NCBI GenBank assembly: GCA_038087875.1
Contig: CM075987.1
Coordinates: 23,934,001 to 23,998,000, forward strand
Length of the DNA stretch: 64,000 nt
Source: Malacoraja senta
Taxonomy: Eukaryota
Direction: 5' to 3'
Shown: piece by piece, positions 1-12,209 of the stretch
How positions within the stretch are numbered: the first letter of the stretch is position 1
Layout of the letters: each line of letters begins with the position of its first letter
Notes under the pieces: generated by a model
What the model was told of the DNA's origin: nothing
The model's database searches: none
Seen by the model: only the letters and a program-made list of their open reading frames with translations
Position numbers and translations under genes: made by a program

Positions 1-160
1 ACGGTTTCCCCCACATCCCCCCCTCCACCCCCCACATATACACAGCTAAAAAATAATAAAAACTAAGCTCAGGACATACATTTAACAAGACAAAAATAAA
101 AAATAAAAATAAAAAGACGGACGACTGTAGTCGAGCCGCTGCCCTTAGGCACCGCCACAC
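1..160 (-). mobile_element. 5' part of CpG-rich non-autonomous retroposon (family X), cut by window edge
   Basis: Same GTTTCCCCC..C-run..A-rich spacer..GC-rich head layout as copies at 10406-11168 and 26009-26785. Confidence 0.55.
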
Positions 161-231
161 CCACAAGAGATTATAGCCTACAATAGGACATAAACTAAAG
201 AAATTCCATTTAATGCAAGTGGCTATTAAGT

Positions 232-500
232 GGGCGGTAGAGTTGCTACCTTACAGCGCCAGAGACCCAGGTTCAATCCTGACTACGGGGGCTGTCTGTA
301 TGGAGTTCGCATGTTCTCCCCATGACTGCATGGTTTGTCTCCGGGTGCTCCGGTTTCCTCGCACACTCCAAAGACGCACAGGACTGTAAATCACTTTGGC
401 TTCAGTAAAAATTGTAAATTGTGCTCAGTGTGTAGGATAGTGCTGGTGTATGGGGATCGCTAGTCGGCACGGACTCGGTGGGCCGAAGGGCCTGTTTCCT
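232..500 (+). mobile_element. HE1-type V-SINE
   Basis: tRNA-like head (GGTAGAGTTGCT..GGTTCAATCC), V-domain GGAGTT..GTTCTCCCC..GGTTTCCTC, CR1-like tail GGGCCGAAGGGCCTGTTTCC. Confidence 0.85.
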
Positions 501-629
501 TTTAGGAGAGGCAATATGAACCAAGTGTTACAATTTTATAGGAGATGTAGGAAGAAAGAGTCAAGGGGGTGCATGTACACAAATTTTTGAAGGCAGCAGA
601 ATAAATTGAGGATGTCGTTACAAATGAAT

Positions 630-1470
630 ATATAGTTCAATAGTTCAATAGTCCTTTATTGTCACGTGTACCCTGAGGTACAATGAAATTTGAAGTCATA
701 CCAAAAAACGCAACAAGACACAATATTACATAAAGATCAAACATAAACAGCCACCACGGCGGCGTGTGAGAATCCCCAGGATACACAGCAAAAGCGGAGA
801 CCCACAGCCATCAGTCCAATGTCCGGGCCACACACACACACACACACACTCCTTCACCGTGATATAACCAGTTACACCGACCGCTTGTCGCTCTCTCTGC
901 AGTCCCTGTCCGCCCGGACAGTCAGAAAGCCGTCCGTACTCGGACCAGACTCCAGGACGCTCTCGTGTCGCGACGTCCCCGCAAACACCGAGACCACCGC
1001 ACTCACGGCAATCCCTCCGAGTCCCCACCAGCGCAGGCAGCATCCATCTTGCTTTCGGTGACCTCGCACACCTCACTGTGATGGAAGGCGAATAACTTTT
1101 ACCTTCTTCCTCCTTTACACCCGTGGTCGGGGCGATTGAAACATCCGCAGTCGGGCCGATCGAGGCTCCCGCAACGTGGCGATCAAGGCTCCCGCAATCG
1201 GGGCAGGTCGAAGCTCCTGCGGTTGGAGTTCCCAAAGCCGATCCCTAACAAAGGGACTGCCAGCTCCACCATGTTAGGCCGCAGTGCGTACGGAGATACG
1301 ATGGGAAAAAGTCCCATCTCCTTCAGGGGAAGAGATTTAAAAAAGTTTCTCCCACCCCCCCACGTAATACAAAAACTAAAGATCAACTAAAACATAGAAA
1401 TAAAACAGACTAAAAACAACAAAGAATAAATGGGCAAGATGAGGCTGCCTCTCACTGCGCCACATGCTGG
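630..1470 (-). mobile_element. CpG-rich non-autonomous retroposon, family X (divergent copy)
   Basis: Rex/L2-type tail (TGACAATAAA plus short tandem repeat on minus strand), shared block CTCACTGTGATGGAAGGC, shared CAGCTCCAYSATGTTAGGCCGCAG block; sits inside an old CR1 remnant. Confidence 0.7.
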
Positions 1471-1780
1471 GATATGGGATCCTTGGCTTTATTATGGCAT
1501 CATATTGTAAGAGTGAGCTAAACCATTGGTTTCCACTTGAAAATTACAAAACATTGGTTTGGAGCCAGCCAGAAAATTATGTTTAGTTCTGGGCATCACA
1601 TTTTAGAAAGGAATTAGAACTCTTGGAAAGGATCAAGGGACCAAAGACTGAATACTAAAATAGATGGCATCTGATCATGACCTGGCACAAACTCATTTTA
1701 ATTTGCTACCTCAAAGCATTCTAGACATCTTCAGATAAAGGCCAACATTCCATTAGACTTTCTATTGCCGTCCACCATTG

Positions 1781-1907
1781 TCAGAAGGGTCTCGACCCCG
1801 AAACGTCACACATTCCTTCTCTCCAGAGATGCTGGCTATCCCGCTGAGTTACTCCAGCACTTTGTGTCTATCTTCGGTTTAAACCAGCATCTGCAGTTCA
1901 TTCCCAT
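1781..1907 (+). mobile_element. Penelope-like terminal repeat fragment
   Basis: GAAGGGTCTCGACCCCGAAACGTC..GCTGAGTTACTCCAGC..CAGCATCTGCAGTTC; flanked by ACCATTGT direct repeat. Confidence 0.75.
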
Positions 1908-3531
1908 ACCATTGTTTATTGATTTGTAACACAAGGGAACACATTTTTTCCACTTTTAATCCACTTATTATGTAAATAGTATGATTTGTCTCTCACACTT
2001 TCATATTTGGACACCTCGCACTTGCGCGCAATAAATCCTGCCCAATTTTCATCCTTTTCCCAATTTACTTAATCTGTTTCTGTCTCTTTGTAATTTTCTG
2101 CTCTCTCTCTTTGAAAAAATTATTGAGCGGTTCTTAAGATTTGCATCAATTAAACGTTCGAAGGCATTTCATATTTAGGACTGAGCGGGAAGATAGCGAT
2201 TAAGGACATTTGGATTTTGAAACGGTTTATAATGGCAAGGAGAAAGATGTAAGGAATAGATGAACTCTGGGTAGTTGTCTGGAAAGGAAGAAATTTTCAA
2301 GAATTTTTCGATTCAATTTATAGGATAAATATATGGAAGAAAGAGAGCAGGCTAGATTCAGAGGATTGGAGCATTCAAGAGGGACACTGGTAAAACACAA
2401 ACTGCTGGAGCAACTCAGCAGGTCGGGCAGCTTCTCTGGAGGGAATGGATTGGCGATGCTTCAGGTCGGGACCTTTCCTTAAGAGAGACATTGAAGGACC
2501 TGTTGTGGGGGAGAGAATAAAAGGAGGTATTTTGTCACTGTGTCAGCGCCGGAGGTGGGCGCTATTTGTATTCGTTGCGTATACAAGCAAAGAATTTCAC
2601 TGTGCCTTGTCACATGTGACAATAAAGTATTCCTATTCCAATCCACACAGGGCTGGTAGAGTTGAGGGAGGGGAAGATTGTTAAGTAAATCACACATACT
2701 CACTGATCTGGTATAACAATACTTATTGAGTAACGTATACAACACACTACAGCATGTTACTCCTACTATGCAGCAGTACTGACTGGCGACACATGTCGGG
2801 TTGCGATAATATGAATGGTGTGGTAGTAGGGGGAGCTTATAATAACAAAGCACTACATTGGTTAGTAAATAAAGTAACCAATCTACAAAGACCTCGAAGA
2901 ATTTGCAAACCAACATATCATTTAACAAGGTGCAGGAAGGGAAACTAGTGGGGATAATGAATACGTTGACATTTTAGCAGGGAGAAGACAAGAAGTGTTG
3001 AGCTCTGCTGCTGATGTTGGAAGAACAATGAGGACGTCAAGGTCATCAGGTGAAGGTGAGCTGTACCACCATTGTGGAGACAAACCTGGAGAAATATCTA
3101 CAATTGCACTTCAAGCTACTTGAACTTTAGCTTGGAGCTCTGCTTTCTAAAAGATGGTGATGTTCAAGAAAACATGTTTTGAAATGTTTCTGGCATTGAT
3201 GGATGTGTTACACTGGCAAGCTTTCATTATTAAGCTACAACATATGAATTCTTTAGTGATCAAGTGAAAGGACCTTTGCTCTTCACTCACCACGGCCAGA
3301 TGCAGCCAACATTGGAGTTGTCAGCCCTGAACTGATGATTTATTTTTAAGCATCAAATAAGAAAATATTTAAGTTTGGATTTTAAATTATTAAGCTGCTC
3401 TCCAGCGTATTTGATTTGATTTGTGTCGCAAAACTATTCTGGTGGAAGGCACATTAGGACAAAGCAGCGTACAAGCGCCTTGAGTATTAGAAAGGCGCTA
3501 TATAAATCCCATCCATTACAACCCACAAGGC

Positions 3532-3790
3532 CATGACATTAAAAGCAGAATTAGGCCATTCGGCCCATCGAGTCTGCTCTGCCTTTCGATCATGGCTGAT
3601 CTATTTTCCCTCTCAACCTCATTGCCATAAGGTCATAAGGTCATAAGTGATAGGAGCAGAATTAGGCCATTCGGCCCATCAAGTTTACTCCGCCATTCGA
3701 TCATGGCTGATGTATTTTTCCTCTCAACCTCATTCTCCTGCCTTCTCCCCGTAATCTTTGATGCCCTCACTAATCAAGAATATCAATCTC
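3532..3790 (-). mobile_element. CR1/HER1 LINE 3' ends (two tandem pieces)
   Basis: AGCAGAATTAGGCCATTCGGCCCATC tail present twice, (GGTCATAA)n tail repeat. Confidence 0.8.
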
Positions 3791-5544
3791 GGACCCATCA
3801 TCATCGCCTGTCCATTCCCTTCACAGATATTGCCTGACCCGCTGAGTTCCTCCAAAACCAATTGTTTTTCTCAAGGTCTCAGCATCTCAGCAACTCCTTG
3901 TATCTTCATTAGGGCTAATGTTTGACTTTCTACCCGAAAAGTAAGTTCTTCGGAACAAAGGACCTGGGTAGTTTCTACACCAAGGAGCCAGAACGTGGGC
4001 CAATTTTATGCCCGGTCGAGAAATCGATCCTGTAAGTAGTGAAAGCCTTCAAGTCCGCAGTCAGAACATATTTGGTGATGTCTTAGATTAATCTGTTTAA
4101 ATATTCACTCTGATCCGAGGACAGCTTCAGACATTAGAGAGGATGAAATTAATAATGTCAAGTAGCTGATCTGGAGTTACGTTTCAGACACTAGAACATG
4201 ACTAATGATTTGACCAGTAACAAGATCCATCTATTAGTGTGGTTCAAAGCCTATTTGATCCAACTGACAGCAAGCCAGCACAAATCTCAGTCGTTAAAGT
4301 ATTCCACATAGATCTGATATCAGAACATTGTGTCCTTGTATGCTATATTCCGTGGACATTCCAGTAACTGGTAATGAGTTGTTTTATTAGGTTGACTAAC
4401 CCTTTAAATGAGCAAACACTTCAACCTATCCAAACTGAAAAATAAATCCTGGGAATCAATGCTTGTAAAACTAACTAAACTCAATCTGCTTTTCTGAATT
4501 CGTACAAAATAGCCCCACAGCCGTTTGGGTCGTAGATTACTTTTGATAATTATATAACTTCATAAGCGACAGGAGCAGAATTAGGCCATTCGGCCCATCA
4601 TGTCTACGGACAATAAAACACTCCTGACTCTTGCGGTCCAATGGCCTCAATGGATCAGAATAAGTAAGATTTGATTTTAGTGATTTTTGATTTGACTTCG
4701 TGATTTTTGAAATGTAATTATTATACAAAGCTTGTCATCAAATTGCTCCGTTATTTTATTTTCCCTACTTCATTGTGCAGTAAATAATGGTGATTCCAAA
4801 GGGAACAATCTGCACTTATGTATTTAAGTGGATACAAATTTGCGACTTAACCACGTGTGTTGTAAAAAGACACGGAAGACCTCAACTTACCAGCAAGTAT
4901 TGGACACGATTGTGTAGACAATCAGACTCAGGATGAGGGATCGGCCACGTACATAAGAGGGTTGTGATGCTCTAGAATTCTCCTCTCCTGAAATCTCTGA
5001 ATGCTCGGTTTGTTCATAAGTTCTAGGAGCTGAATGAGGCCATTCGGCCCATCAGATCCAATCTGCCATCCAATCATGGCGGATCTGCCTTTCCCTCACA
5101 ACTCCATGTTTTATTGTCATATGTTCCCAGAATGGGAACAATAAAATTCTTACTTGCGAACCTTGAAAACCTTGAAACAACAGGCAGGTAAACATAGTAC
5201 TCTGTAAAACCTGTAATAACCATCAAGAAAAGGTCAGTATATATATGTGAAAACAGACAAATAAATAAACAACAATAGTATATGTGACTGATGGGCTACA
5301 TTGCCGAGAACTATATTCTGCACTCTATACAGTATCTTCTCTGTTGCTCTATCCATTGTACTTGAGTTTGAACTGATTGCATCCATGTGTGGTATCTCTG
5401 ATCTGTTTGGAAGGGCAGGCAAGAAAAGCTTACACTCTACTTCGGTGGTACATGTGACAACCATAAAATTAAAAGTAAATCTAAATGGTTTTTGTATCAA
5501 TATTTCAACATCATTTATGTGGTTTAAGTAGTGATTTAAAATTT

Positions 5545-6640
5545 AGAGTCATAGGGTCATAAAGTGATACAGCGTGGAAACAGGACCTTTGGTCCAACTT
5601 GCCCACACCAGCCAACATGTCCCATGGGGGCCCCCGGTGGGGGTCCCCCTACGCAGGGATTCTCCCTCTCTACATTGGGGACCTGGGGTGGAGGAGGGTA
5701 TTGCACCGAAATGTTCCCTGCAACCAGTTTCTCTCGCGGTTCACAGACTCGCCAGCCGCCTGCCACTTTGGCGGGCTGGAAGAGTCTGTGTACCACGTGT
5801 ACATGGAGTGCGTGAGGCTGCAGCCACTGTGTAAATACCTAAAGGGGCTGCTCCTTGCCTTCTGGCTGCATTTTTCACTCACCACCCTCACCTTTGGACA
5901 CCCTGTGCATAGGGGAGAGGGTAGGGCTGAAGATGTCCTGGTTGGGTTGCTCCTGGGCCTGGCCAAGCTGGCCATCCGCGAGTCACGGCGCCAGGCGGAG
6001 GAAGGCTCTACCCGAGCCGGCTGCCTGCCCCTTTTCCGGGGTTACGTCCGTGCCCGGGTGGGGTTAGAAAGGGAATATGCCCTGTCCACGGGCACCCTGG
6101 GGGAGTTCCGGGACCGCTGGGCTCTGCAGGGTGTTGAATGCATCCTTGACAAGGAGTGTAAGATAGCTGTATAGAGGTTTATTAAGGATATCTGTTTGTA
6201 TTGTATTATGGTGGTGGGCTCTGGTTTGTTCTATTGTAGTGTAATATTAAATTAAAAAAAAAAATTTGAATAAATTATTTGAAACCCCCCCCCCAAAAAA
6301 AACATGTCCCATCTACACTAGTCCCACCTGCCGTGTTTGGCCCATATCCCTCCAAACCTATCCTGTCCATGTACTTGTCTAACTGTTTCCTAAACGTTGT
6401 GATAGTCCCTGCCTCGACTACCTCCTCTGGCAGCTCGTTCCACACCCGCACCACCCTTTGTGTGAAAAAGTTACCCCTCAAATTCCTATTTAACCTTTTC
6501 CCCTTCACCTTGAACCGATGTCCTCTTGTCCTCGATTCACATACTCTTGGCAAGAGACTCTGTGCTTCTATCCGATCTGTTCCTCTCGTGATTTAACACC
6601 CCTCCATAAGATCAACCCTCATCCTCCTGCGCTCCAATAT
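5545..6640 (-). mobile_element. CR1/HER1 LINE 3' fragment interrupted by a Tx1-clade insertion
   Basis: SRTRGHRFKVKG..NFFTQRVVRVWNELP C-terminal peptide (ORF 6275-6553); 3'UTR split at 5626-6300. Confidence 0.88.
5626..6300 (+). mobile_element. 5'-truncated Tx1/L1-clade LINE (ORF2 C-terminus, 3'UTR, A-rich tail)
   Basis: Peptide GDLGWRRVLH..CHFGGLEESVYHVYMECVRLQPL resembles the zf-RVT/CCHC C-terminus of Tx1 ORF2; stop at 6174, AATAAA, A-rich tail; 12-bp TSD AACATGTCCCAT at 5614-5625 and 6301-6312. Confidence 0.88.
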
Positions 6641-7392
6641 TTCTTGGAATATTTCTAGTCTGTTGCATTTTAATACATTTTAAATGCCATTCAGAGACAT
6701 TCAAGTCATTCGCTTTTCTGATATAAAGCTGGAGGCGGGTGTTCCGCTGGCTATCAAAATCTTTGAAAGTCATGGGGAACTACATCACACATCTCACTGC
6801 TAGGATCTGGGACATTTCAAAACAGCAGGAACGCAAGTGGAGACATAAGCTTGGACGCGGAACTGTTACGGGGCAGCAATCAACACTGCAGCAACCTCAG
6901 TAAATATTAGAACCTGATGGGATCCGACAGAAATGTCCATTAACTTTTAGAACTAGTTAATCATAATCACTGAAATAACCAGATATCATCAGTTAATTTC
7001 CCTCAAAGGCCCTGCTTGACCAAAATCAGTTCCAAAATACCAGCAGAACAGGAAAAGCTGTGGAAGTGAACATTTTCACGAGGGCTCAGAGCAAGACGAG
7101 GCATTTAAATGATGTCGGGATTAACTCTGGGTCTGGTTTTGCACGGCTGTGCACAAGATTAACGGTGCCATGCGCGAGAGCTCAGGGGTGTCAATTTCAA
7201 GGAGATGTGCGCGGCAAGGTTTTACACACAGAGGGTGGTGGGGGCCTGGAACGCATTGCCAGGGGTGGTAGTGGAGGTAGGTACAAGAGTGGCGTTAAAG
7301 AGGCATTTGGATGTGCAGGGAATAGAGGGATTTGGATGACCAACAGGCAGATGAATTCTGCCCAACACCATCATGTTCGACACAAACATTCA

Positions 7393-7815
7393 GTTTAGTT
7401 TATGTCACGTGTACCGAGGTACAGTGAAAAACTTTTGTTGCGTGCTAACCTGTCAGCGGAAAGACAATACATTATTACAATCCAGCCATTTACAGGGTAC
7501 AGATACATGAGAAGGGAATAACGTTTAGTGCAAGGTAAAGCCAGTAAAGTCCGATCAAGGATAGTCTGAGGGTCACCAATGAGGTAGATAGTAATTCAGG
7601 ACTGCTCTCTGGTTGTGGTAGGATGGTTCAGTTGCCTGGTAATGGTTGGGAAGAAACTGTCGCTGAATCTGGAGGTGTGCGTTTTCATACTTCTGTACCT
7701 TTTTCCCGATGGGAGAGGGGAGAAGAGGAGGTGGCCACGGTTGCGACTCGTCCTTGATTATGCTGCTGGCCTTGCCGAGGCAGCGTGAGGTATAAATGGA
7801 GTCAATGGAAGGGAG
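7393..7815 (-). mobile_element. Rex1/Babar-type LINE 3' fragment
   Basis: Minus-strand SIYTSRCLGKASSIIKDES..P.LF.PLP.GK peptide and the shared 3'UTR (GCTGACAGGTTAGCACGCAACAAAAG..GTGACA). Confidence 0.8.
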
Positions 7816-7816
7816 G

Positions 7817-8036
7817 TGGACAAAAATGGTGGAGAAACTCAGCGGGTGAGGCAGCATCTATGGAGCGAAGGAAATAGGCAACGTTTCGGGTCGAGGCCCT
7901 TCTTCAGACTGATGTGAGGGTGGGGGGGGGGGGGCAGGAAGAAGAAAGGAAGAGGTGGAGACAGTGGGCTGAGGGAGAGGTGAGACGGGGAGGAGAAAGT
8001 AGGGACTACCTGAAATTAGAGAAGTCAATGTTCATA
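7817..8036 (-). mobile_element. Penelope-like element 3' part
   Basis: MNIDFSNFR* ORF end on minus strand followed by hammerhead-containing terminal repeat at 7877-7910. Confidence 0.8.
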
Positions 8037-8981
8037 GGTTGGTTTGTGTGATGGTCTGGGCTGCGTCCACAATTCGCTGCGATTTCTTGCAAGCATTGTG
8101 GGCCAAAGTGCCCTTTCCTGTAGTCTTCTATGTTCTATGTTCTACTTTCATGGTCTGTCTCACCCATCTCATGGGCACAGCTCTATCAGGTAGCACTGAA
8201 AAATGTACTCAGCAAATAAAATGGAAATGATGGGGAAGATTGCAGTTCTGTAAAAGAACACTTGCAGTCAATTGGCATTTGAGGAGAGCTGCTGTCTGTG
8301 CAAATTGAGGTTGGCAAAAGTATGTTGAAATGCAGAAATCATGTGGCAGCTTCCTTAACCCTGTCTGCACTATTGTAGCCCAAGAGAGCCAATACTCAAG
8401 AGTGTTTAATTGCTATATGCACTGGCAATGGAGCCATTAAATTCTTACTTGTAGCAGTGTAAAGAGCTGGAAACACGATACATGCATAATTGCATATAGT
8501 AATTAAAAATGTAATAACACTAATAGTAGATAGCCATAATAGCGCAAATATCTAAATCCGCAGTGCAATCAAAGACACAGTCCATAGAAGTTCATCATTG
8601 CTGAGGTTAGTGTCGTGTGGAGTTCAAGGACCTGCTGGATGTTGGGGAGAGACTATTCTTGAACCTAGTGGTCATGTTTTTCAGGCTTCTGCGCCATTTT
8701 CCTGAAGAGTGTGCCCAGGATGGTGTGGATCTTTGATGATATTGGCTGCCTTTCTGAGGCAGCGCCTCCTATAGATCCCTTCGATGGTGGGGAGGCCAGT
8801 ACCTGTGTCTCCAAAGTCTACCACTCGCTGTCATCTCCATCATTCCTGGGCATTTGCAGTTGCCGAACCACGCAGTCACATTCAACACTGTGTCAGAAAG
8901 TTGTTGAAAACCACAATATTTTACACTCCCGCATTTTTAAAGCATTAAAAATGTTCAGCGTTGGTGAAAGAGAGGTAACTT

Positions 8982-9410
8982 ATACTCGCTAGAATTTAGG
9001 AGATTGAGAGGGGATCTTATAGAAACGTACAAAATTCTTATGGGGTTGGACAGGCTAGATGCAGGAAGATTGTTCCCGATGTTGGGGAAGTCCAGGACAA
9101 GGGGTCACAGCTTAAGGATAAGGGGGAAATCCTTTAAGACCGAGATAAGGAAAAACTTTTTCACACAGAGAGTGGTGAATCTCTGGAACTCTATGCCACA
9201 GAGGGTAGTTGACGCCAGTTCATTGGCTATATTTAAGAGGGAGTTAGATGTGGCCCTTGTGGCTAAAGGGATCAGGGGGTATGGAGAGAAGGCAGGTACG
9301 GGATACTGAGTTGGATGATCAGCCATGATCATATTGAATGGCGGTGCAGGCTCGAAGGGCCGAATGGCCTACTCCTGCACCTATTTTCTATGTATCTATG
9401 TATCTATGTA
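8982..9410 (+). mobile_element. Young CR1/HER1 LINE 3' fragment
   Basis: ORF 9004-9309 nearly identical to the C-terminus of ORF 20865-21881; (TATCTATG)n tail. Confidence 0.92.
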
Positions 9411-9539
9411 ACTGAGTTTTTTAACAGCAAATTTGAAACTGGCAAACAATCCGAAAAATATATTTTATATATGAGGATTATCCTACCTTCAGTATTGCAC
9501 TTAAAATGTAATGGATTTAAAAGTAGAATATCTTTTATT

Positions 9540-9830
9540 TGTGGCGTCAGCTGATGGTCAGACCACTTATGGTCGAACCCTCGTCAGTGGTTACGAGGGC
9601 TGGCACGTGACGTCATGGGTTAAGGGGAGTGTCCTGCTACATACGCATATCTCACCTTGAGATCAGGAGTCGACAGGTAGCTGAGCTCGAGACAACACCC
9701 TCACTCAGCAGCAGCAGCAATAACTCAGTATGTTAGTGGACCAAACTTGCATGTACACCAACCATGTAATGTCTGAATAAAGCAACCATTTGTTCACCAC
9801 CTTTGGTACCGCTATGTATTATTATTTTCA
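9540..9830 (+). mobile_element. Possible short solo LTR (Gypsy-like)
   Basis: Starts TGTGG, CpG-containing island in AT-rich DNA, CACGTGACGTCA, AATAAA near 9776; 3' CA end and TSD are unclear. Confidence 0.4.
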
Positions 9831-9864
9831 GTTGAAGCACAGAGCAAAGAAGGTTGAACAAAGA

Positions 9865-10108
9865 GTGGCACGGTGGCGCAGCGGTAGAGTTGCAGCCTTA
9901 CAGTGCCAGGGACCCATTGTTCGATCCTGACTACGGGTGCTGTCTGTATGGAGTTTGTATGTTCTCCCTGTGACCTGCGTGTGTTTAAAATATCCCTAAT
10001 GTGTAGGATAGCACTAGTGTACGGGGTGATCGCTGGTTGGTGTGGACTCAGTGCGCCAAAGGGCCTGTTTCCACGCTGTGTCTTTACAGACTAAAGTAAA
10101 GTCTAAAG
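9865..10108 (+). mobile_element. HE1-type V-SINE (internally deleted)
   Basis: GGCACGGTGGCGCAGCGGTAGAG head and CR1-like tail. Confidence 0.85.
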
Positions 10109-10202
10109 ACCCCAATCCTACCCTGGCAATAGGTCACAACCATTCACCTCGAACAACCGTAGACTTGTTTATTTCCCAAATTGCGTTTTTGCTCTAATGT
10201 CC

Positions 10203-11282
10203 TGTTTAGTTTAGTTTAGAGATACAGTGTGGAGACAGGATGTTCGGCCCACCGAGTCAGCACCCACCAGCGATCCCCGCACGCTAACACTATTGTGCAC
10301 ACTAAGGACAATTTACAATTATACCAGGCCAATTAACCTGCAAACCTGTATATCTTTGGAGTGTGGGAGGAATCCGGAGATCCCGGAGAAAACCCACGTG
10401 GTCACAATCACAATCAATCAAAATTATACTTTATTAGCCAAGTATGTTTTGCAACATGCGAGGAATTTACTTTGCCTAGTTAGTCATACAAATAAAAAGC
10501 AACAGAACACATAAAATACATTTAAACATAAACATCCACCACATTGACTCCTCCACATTCCTCACTGAGATGGAAGGCAAAAATAAGTTCAAATCTCTTC
10601 CTTTCTTTGTTCTCCTGCGGCTGGGGGCCTCGTGCCCTCCGTTGACGGGACGATCTTGACTCCCTTAGCCGGCTGCGTTTGGGCCCTCCGTATCGAGGCG
10701 ATCAGCTCCTGCATCGGGGGGATGTCAGCTCCCCCTGCGCCGGCGATCGGACCCCCGGGATGGGGCTGGTCGAGCCTCTGCGTCGTTGGACCTTCCCGAC
10801 TCGGCCTCTCCCGAAACTGCGAGCTCTCGATGGTAAGTCCGCAGGCCGCGGCGGTTGGAGCGATCCCAGGCAAGGGATCAGCTCCGATGTTAAGCCCCGC
10901 GGTGGGGGCTCAAGTCAGTCTGAGGAGGCCTCCTGCTCCATCGATGGTCGGCCGCAGAGTGACCGGAGATGCAACCCGGAAAAAAAGCGCATCTCCGGCA
11001 AGGTAAGAAACTGAAAAGAAAAGGTTTCCCCTCCCCCCACATAAAACAAACCGGAGAACATTTACACAAACTTTTAACACACACTAAATTTTTTAAAAAA
11101 GATGAAAAAACAGACAGGCTGTTGGCGGGGCTGCCAATCGTGCGGCGCCCCTAATGGTATTGCCACCATGGTCACGGGGAGAAAGTACAAATTGCGTACA
11201 GACAAGCACCTGCAGTCAGGATCGAACCCAAGTCTCCGGCACTGCAAGGCAGCAACTCTACCGCTGCGCCACCGAGTCGCCC
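10203..11282 (-). mobile_element. HE1-type V-SINE interrupted by a family X insertion
   Basis: SINE halves at 10203-10405 and 11169-11282 join in register. Confidence 0.85.
10406..11168 (-). mobile_element. CpG-rich non-autonomous retroposon, family X
   Basis: TGGTCAC direct repeat at 10399-10405 and 11169-11175; collinear with 26009-26785; tandem-repeat tail. Confidence 0.82.
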
Positions 11283-12209
11283 TGTTTTTTCACATAGTAT
11301 TCCTTCTTTTAGTGATTTTGTGTAACGTGTGTATAATTTGTTTTTATATGCTTGTCTGAGTCTATCGGCCTGTGATGCTGCTGGAAGATTTCCCTTTGTA
11401 CCTGGACCTCCCCGTGTGACAATAAATTCGACTTGGCTTGCCAAAAAATTCATCTTGTCACCAACTGACTGCCACCACATCTGGTGCAATGCAGCAGGTC
11501 TGGTTTAAGCTTGTATCTTGTTCATTTTGCAGAAAGGTTTTCTTCTCCCTGCTTTCCTGGAAGAGATGCAATAGAATTGGCAAAGTTCCTCTGATCCAAA
11601 GCTATCCAAGCTGTGCGGCTGTCCAACATACCAGGAGGATTATGAGCAATAGTGAGATTTAGTATTCCTGCCCATTCCTCTCAATGTTACTAATAGCCCC
11701 AAAATCCTCAGACATAGAATATACTAAAACACAGATCAAAAATGTAGCCAACGCAATGAGAGGAAAACAAAATGCCCTCATTTTTTTTGTCATTAAACAA
11801 AAAATGTTCGCAAGTAAACTGAAGTCTATCATGACCTGCTTTTTTAATACCATTTTTTAAAACACTTTTATTCATAACATCAATAATAATCCAGATGGTC
11901 TCCTTCATCCCCTCTGGTTGATTGAAGAAACTTTCAAAATATCTCTTCATTTGGTGGCATGAGATGTTCGGGTGCATCCAGATCCAGCAAAATCATCATG
12001 AGATTTTAATTCACAAAAGGAATTACAAAATCAGAGAGGCACTTTTAGATTTTAACTTTGATCTGTGTTGTGGTAATAATAAGCAGTTGGAAAATGCGAA
12101 GAATCTTTGACAAGACTTAAAAGGCAATGGTTTTAGCTTGTCACTGCGTTTGTGGTATGCTTGCCCGCATCAGTGCATTAGTGCTTTCACACACTTATTT
12201 ACGGGGTTT

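Noticed and set aside
726..1390. Overlapping ORFs up to 169 aa (similar ones at 10589-11014 and 26053-26722)
   Set aside because: By-products of GC-rich family X; frames are not conserved between copies and there is no recognisable domain
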